Source: Vulcanimicrobiota bacterium (GTDB lineage Bacteria; Vulcanimicrobiota; Xenobia; Xenobiales; JADMJV01). Taken from it: DNA of 64,000 bases. A model generated the notes under the pieces. It ran no database searches. It was given only the letters and a program-made list of their open reading frames with translations, and was not told the origin of the DNA. Both the position numbers and the translations under genes were made by a program. Below are positions 59,217-64,000 of this stretch, in pieces. Position 1 is the stretch's first letter. Every line of letters starts with the position of its first letter. Where the stretch lies: the NCBI GenBank assembly GCA_050250895.1, contig JBFWNU010000008.1:224001-288000 (forward strand), in the 5' to 3' direction.

Positions 59217-59762
59217 GTGACTTGGCTTGATATTATGATCGTTCTGGTCCTGGGCGTAGGCATCTATGGTGGCTACAAACGGGGGGTGGTGGCGGAAGCG
59301 TTCGACGTCATTTGCCTGCTGGTGGGGTTGACCGTGGCCTTTCGGGTGCAGTCTCCTTTGGCCAACACTCTCAACAGCGGCGTGCTCAAAGCTTGGGGCG
59401 AAAGCTGGGTTTGGGGCTTTTCATTCTTTATCGTCTTCTTGCCCATTGCGGTGGCGATTTTGACCAGCGGGTTCCACCTCGACCGAGTCACCAAAGAACA
59501 GGAGCGAATTCCCCGCGAGGTGGCCGAGACCGGTGGCTTGCTCATCGCCGTGCCCAAGTATCTCATCTTGTTGTGTCTCTTTGTAGCCTGGTTCAATCAG
59601 AGCTGGATCAACCTCGATCGCGAGCGCGGCTCGCTGCGGCGGGCTCCGCTGGTGCAACTGGTCCGCGGTTTGAACCCCCTGGCTAAGCCGTTCGTCTGGC
59701 TGGCCCTGCCGACCGAGAGGGCCAAGCCGTTTATCGAGAAGGGCATGAACAAGAACTTTTGA
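59217..59762 (+). CDS. CvpA family membrane protein
   Basis: WLDIMIVLVL..GYKRG. Confidence 0.8.
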   Translation: MTWLDIMIVLVLGVGIYGGYKRGVVAEAFDVICLLVGLTVAFRVQSPLANTLNSGVLKAWGESWVWGFSFFIVFLPIAVAILTSGFHLDRVTKEQERIPREVAETGGLLIAVPKYLILLCLFVAWFNQSWINLDRERGSLRRAPLVQLVRGLNPLAKPFVWLALPTERAKPFIEKGMNKNF

Positions 59763-60628
59763 GCGGTCGTTTACTGGTGGCTGGCCTGGTCTTCTGGCTG
59801 GTTACCCCCGCTCTTTGCGACCAGGCCTTCGCCAGCTTTGACCTGGAACTCAATCGGGGCCTGGTCGAACAGAACCGAACCCTGCTCGAAGCCGCTCAGG
59901 TGATGGAGGAGTGGGCCAGCGGCCGGCTCGATAGTCCGGCGGCCAAACGGGCCCTCAATAGCCATCTCGAGCATCTCAAGGCGATTCGCTCTCGGATTAC
60001 GGCTCTGCGTCCCACGACCTCGGAGAAGGGGCTTCGCGATGCCTTTCTCGAGGTGTCCACGGCCTCGCTCGATCTGGTCGAGGCGGCCGGCCGGTTCCAG
60101 CAGGGAGGCGACCCTGACCGCAAGGCCCTCAAGGCTTTCGCCAGTCGCCATCTCGAGCGCTCGGGCCAGGTCCAGGCGCTTTGGCTGACGGCCCAACGCG
60201 ATGCGCTGGGCGAAGCCTTACGCGATGCCCACGGGCCGGTGTTGAGCTACTACGTCTGGCTGGGTGGCGTGCTGCCGCTACGCCGCCAATCGCTCGAGCT
60301 AGCGCAATCTTTGCAGGCAGCTCTCTTGCGCGAAGACCCTGACCTGACCAGTATCGCCGGACGAGCCATTCGCCAGGCGATCCAGCTCTCGAGCCAGGCG
60401 CAATCCGCTCGACCCTCGGCCTCGGTGCAGACGGCTCACGAGGCCCTGCTGGCCGAGCAGGTGGCCCTGGCCCGGCTGTGTGAGGGAGTGGCTCTGCACG
60501 CTCAGGACAAGAGCGCCGATTCGGCCAGCCGAGTAAGGCGTTACTCGCGCCAATTCACCCGGGCCAGTATGGAAGCTGAAGAGCTGCGACTGGCCGCGCT
60601 GGCCTCGGCTCTCAAGCAGAAACCCTGA
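59759..60628 (+). CDS. Secreted helical hypothetical protein
   Basis: Signal peptide; coupled to the CvpA-family gene. Confidence 0.7.
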   Translation: MSGRLLVAGLVFWLVTPALCDQAFASFDLELNRGLVEQNRTLLEAAQVMEEWASGRLDSPAAKRALNSHLEHLKAIRSRITALRPTTSEKGLRDAFLEVSTASLDLVEAAGRFQQGGDPDRKALKAFASRHLERSGQVQALWLTAQRDALGEALRDAHGPVLSYYVWLGGVLPLRRQSLELAQSLQAALLREDPDLTSIAGRAIRQAIQLSSQAQSARPSASVQTAHEALLAEQVALARLCEGVALHAQDKSADSASRVRRYSRQFTRASMEAEELRLAALASALKQKP

Positions 60629-60673
60629 TCTTTTCAGGTTTCTTTCCGGGTCGTACGAGATACTGCAGGCGTC

Positions 60674-61417
60674 ATGGAAGATCTCGACAAGACCATCAAG
60701 GTCGACATCGCGCGCTTGCCCGATCGCGAGCCGCCCCTTTCGTCGACCCAAAAATGGGGGCTGCTGTTCACCGGAGCCCTGGTGGTGGCTCTGGTCATGT
60801 ATTACGGCGTGCTGCTCGCCAGCGATCGCGATACTCGGAGCTCTCTCGGTGACACGGGTGCCCAGGCCCGCGGCCTCAAACAGGGTCCGCCCATCGACCT
60901 GGTGAGCGGAGAGCCTCTCGAGCCGGCCAAAGCCAAGTTTCGAGCGGAATTCTACGGCACCGAACTGTATTTCTCGAGCCGCGAGAACCTGGATCGTTTT
61001 CGGCAGGACCCGCTGGCTTACGTCAAGCTAAAGACGAATGTCAACATTCAGTATCAGGACCCCCAACCGACCGCCGCCGAGCCGCCGGAGCCGCAGCCGG
61101 CCACTCCGCCGCCTGCCACCGAGCCCGCCCCGCCGGTCGAACAAGCCCCACCGATTCAACCCGAACAAGGCAACAGTTGGAGCGATGCCGACGAGCCGCC
61201 GCCACCCATGCCGGCCAACCCCGAGGCGATCCCCGCTCCGGCTCAGCCAGCTCAACCGGCCGTCAGCGATGATGTGGTGCTCGAAGAACCTGCCTCGAGC
61301 GATAGCGGGTTTAGCGACGACGATATTATTCTAGAATCCGAGCCGATGGAGGGCGCCGCGCCGGTTTCCCCCGACGGGCGCCCCGGTCCGGCCGGACCGG
61401 CCCGGCGACTGCCCTAG
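60674..61417 (+). CDS. Membrane protein with YHS-like domain and Pro/acidic tail
   Basis: DLVSG...YGTELYFSSRENLDRFRQDPLAY. Confidence 0.75.
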   Translation: MEDLDKTIKVDIARLPDREPPLSSTQKWGLLFTGALVVALVMYYGVLLASDRDTRSSLGDTGAQARGLKQGPPIDLVSGEPLEPAKAKFRAEFYGTELYFSSRENLDRFRQDPLAYVKLKTNVNIQYQDPQPTAAEPPEPQPATPPPATEPAPPVEQAPPIQPEQGNSWSDADEPPPPMPANPEAIPAPAQPAQPAVSDDVVLEEPASSDSGFSDDDIILESEPMEGAAPVSPDGRPGPAGPARRLP

Positions 61418-62832
61418 ACCGACGCCGTGACCGGCCTGGGAGCCGACTTCATCGGGCGCTCGGCGGGACGGCTCATGAACTTGCCGTGACCCTTCTGGCC
61501 GATGAACTTGCCTTCTTCAAACGACAGTAGTCCGCGCACGAAGACGTGGCTGGGACGACCCTCGATGGCCATTCCCTCGTAGACGTTCGAGTCGCCGGCG
61601 CTGTGATGGGTCTTGGCCGAGATGGTGCCGCGGTAGCTGGGATCATAGATCATCACATCGGCGTCGCTACCGGGGGCGATGGTGCCTTTGTTGGGATACA
61701 GGCCGAACAGCTTGGCCGGGTTGGTACAGCAGACCTCGACCATCCGATTGATGGTGATGCGGTCACGGCAGACGCCGTAGGTATACATCACGTTCATCCG
61801 TTCTTCCAGTCCGTTGAGCCCGTTGGGGATCTTGCGGAAGTCGTCGCGACCCATGTCTTTCTGGCCCTTGAAGTCGAAGGTGCAGTGGTCGGTACCCACC
61901 GTCTGGATGATTCCGTTGGCCAGGGCTCCCCACAGAGCTTCTTGATCGTGCTGCTTGCGAATTGGGGGCGACAGGACGTACTTGGCCCCTTCGAAGTTGG
62001 GCAGATCGTAGACACTGTCGTCTAGCACCAGATATTGGGGACAGGTCTCGCCATACGACTCCCACCCGCGCGTGCGGGCGCGGGCCAGTTCTTCGACCGA
62101 CTCGCGGGCCGTCATGTGGACGATGTAGGCCGGTTGGTCGGCCAAAAATCCCAACTCGAGAATGCGACCGGTGGCCTCCCCCTCAGCGTAGGGAGGTTGG
62201 CACAGAGGGTGGTAGTGGGGAGTGAGCTTGCCTTCGGCGGCAAAGCGCGTGGCCAGAGCGTTGAGCACATCGCCGTTGACGGCATGCGCGGTCACCAGTC
62301 CGCCCCGCTCGCGCACCTCGAGCATCAACTCGAAGATGGCCTCGTCAGAGATCATCAGTGCCCCTTTATAAGCCGTGAACACCTTGAAGCTGGTGATGCC
62401 GCGTTCGAAACACATATCGAGTTCCGAGCGGATGGATTCGTTCCAGTCGGTGATCGCCATGTGGAACGAGTAGTCGCAATAGGTGAGGCCTTTGGACTTG
62501 GCGTCCCACACCTCGAGCGCTTCTTTGAGGCTTTGACCTTTGGCCGGCAGGCAGAACTCGATGATCGAGGTAGTGCCCCCGGCCACCGCGCACCGGGTGC
62601 CGGTGCTGAAATCGTCTTTGGAGACCGTGCCCATGAAGGGCATGGCCAGGTGGCAGTGGACGTCGATGCCGCCGGGCATGACGTACTTGCCCTTGGCGTC
62701 ATAGATCTTGTCGACCCCGTCGGTGGGGAGGTTGTGGCCGACGGCGACGATTTTTTCGCCATCGATCAGCAGGTCTGCTTTGAAGGTTTCGGCGGCATTG
62801 ACGATCTCGCCGTTCTGGATGAGAATTTTCAT
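61414..62832 (-). CDS. hydA: Dihydropyrimidinase
   Basis: [23 protein letters not shown]; GAGGA RBS before MKILIQNG. Confidence 0.95.
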   Translation of the reverse strand: MKILIQNGEIVNAAETFKADLLIDGEKIVAVGHNLPTDGVDKIYDAKGKYVMPGGIDVHCHLAMPFMGTVSKDDFSTGTRCAVAGGTTSIIEFCLPAKGQSLKEALEVWDAKSKGLTYCDYSFHMAITDWNESIRSELDMCFERGITSFKVFTAYKGALMISDEAIFELMLEVRERGGLVTAHAVNGDVLNALATRFAAEGKLTPHYHPLCQPPYAEGEATGRILELGFLADQPAYIVHMTARESVEELARARTRGWESYGETCPQYLVLDDSVYDLPNFEGAKYVLSPPIRKQHDQEALWGALANGIIQTVGTDHCTFDFKGQKDMGRDDFRKIPNGLNGLEERMNVMYTYGVCRDRITINRMVEVCCTNPAKLFGLYPNKGTIAPGSDADVMIYDPSYRGTISAKTHHSAGDSNVYEGMAIEGRPSHVFVRGLLSFEEGKFIGQKGHGKFMSRPAERPMKSAPRPVTASV

Positions 62833-62961
62833 GGTTCCTCCTCGCGGGCGCGCCCTGGGCCTGTGCCCGCTCGCCCCAGATTCCGTGGTCGAGGGGTGGC
62901 CTCCTTCCTGAGCCCGCGAGCCGGAGAGGGGCATCCATCCAGGCGTAGAATAGCGGCGCCC

Positions 62962-63594
62962 ATGGCGCTCCACGTAATCGAGCATCCGCTCGTCCAACAT
63001 AAACTCACGCTCTTGCGAAAGACCGAGACGGGACCCAAGGATTTTCGGGAACTGGTCGAAGAGATCGCGGCTTTGATGGCTTACGAGTGCACTCGTGAGT
63101 TGCCGCTGGAGGAGGTCGAGATCGAAACGCCGTTGACCCGGGCCTTCGGGCGCGCCATCGTGGGCAAGAAACTGGGCATCGTGCCCATCTTGAGGGCCGG
63201 GCTGGGAATGCTGGGCGGCATCTTGCGATTGATTCCCAACGCCAAGGTGGGACACATCGGTCTTTACCGCGACGAAAAGACCTTGCAGCCCGTCGAATAC
63301 TACTGTAAGTTGCCCGAAGACCTGCCCGATCGTGATGTCTTGCTGTTGGACCCGATGCTGGCCACGGGTGGCTCGGCGGCGGCGGCAGTCGAGTTTCTCA
63401 AAGCCCGCGGAGCCCGCAGCCAGAGCATAAAATTCCTCTGCTTGTTGGCCTCTCCGCAGGGGATCGCCACGTTGCGAGAATCCGACCCCGAGGTCGATAT
63501 CTACACCGCCAGCGTCGACGATCGACTCAACGACAAGGGCTACATTCTGCCGGGTCTGGGCGATGCCGGCGATCGCATTTTTGGAACCCTATGA
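62962..63594 (+). CDS. upp: Uracil phosphoribosyltransferase
   Basis: [27 protein letters not shown]. Confidence 0.97.
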   Translation: MALHVIEHPLVQHKLTLLRKTETGPKDFRELVEEIAALMAYECTRELPLEEVEIETPLTRAFGRAIVGKKLGIVPILRAGLGMLGGILRLIPNAKVGHIGLYRDEKTLQPVEYYCKLPEDLPDRDVLLLDPMLATGGSAAAAVEFLKARGARSQSIKFLCLLASPQGIATLRESDPEVDIYTASVDDRLNDKGYILPGLGDAGDRIFGTL

Positions 63595-64000
63595 GACCGA
63601 CGGTACTACTGCTGGCCTTGCTGTTCCTGGCACCGGCCATCGCCTATGAGAACAAAGAGTTGGGGGTGCGCTTCGCCGAGCCAGAAGGCTGGGAAGCCCG
63701 CGAGGCAGAGCGCGGCGCTCTGGTTCGCTACTATGCTCCCAGGGCCCCCGGTCCGCGGGCCAGCGTCGGCTTATTGATCGAGCCGATGAAGAGTGACGCC
63801 CCCCTGACCCGCTCGCAGGTGCTGGGAGTGGTAAGGCAGCTGGCCAGCCGCTATGACGACTACCACCTGGAAGGTAGCAAGGAAGTCGAGTTGGCCGGCG
63901 TCAGCGGCCACCTGGTGAGCTACACGGCCGAGCAGAAGAAGACGCAACTGGCCGCCACCCAGGTGTTCTTACTGAGGCAGCACCGGCTCTATGTATTTAC
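63591..64000 (+). CDS. Partial secreted protein (PsbP/DcrB-like)
   Basis: ATGA overlap with upp; signal peptide; F..PEGW motif; runs off the window. Confidence 0.6.
   Translation, partial: MRPTVLLLALLFLAPAIAYENKELGVRFAEPEGWEAREAERGALVRYYAPRAPGPRASVGLLIEPMKSDAPLTRSQVLGVVRQLASRYDDYHLEGSKEVELAGVSGHLVSYTAEQKKTQLAATQVFLLRQHRLYVF

Overview
High-GC bacterial chromosome segment. Gene style (many prepilin-like genes, FHA/kinase and BTAD regulators, LptD-like gene) suggests a diderm, possibly Ca. Eremiobacterota/Vulcanimicrobiota; this is inference only. Layout: (i) 1-13.4 kb, pilin/pseudopilin-like genes with PilC and PilZ, a Ser/Thr kinase, a pseudo-CHAT-FHA protein and a two-component pair; (ii) 13.4-18.4 kb, accessory stretch with candidate small RNAs, an S8 protease and a decayed att site; (iii) 18431-36260, a ~17.8 kb element integrated in tRNA-Arg(CCT) and bounded by a perfect 48-bp direct repeat; (iv) 36.3-64 kb, housekeeping and envelope genes (pcs-like, terC, hppA, rph, a LeuA-like pair, cutA, ferredoxin, lptD-like, cvpA, hydA, upp). 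The element has PICI/satellite-like order (integrase, repressor, divergent cro/xis, DnaB, O-like initiator with iterons). I see no capsid, portal, terminase, tail-tube or lysis gene, yet it carries an intact 1208-aa tape-measure protein. This tape-measure-only satellite is the best candidate for an undescribed system. Other highlights: a tRNA-like leader ahead of a tandem paralog pair, parS/NBS-like palindromes with two ParB-like fragments, a LeuA-like pair with complementary degeneration, and an 11-bp-periodic promoter motif shared by four genes. All calls are by eye; no searches were run.
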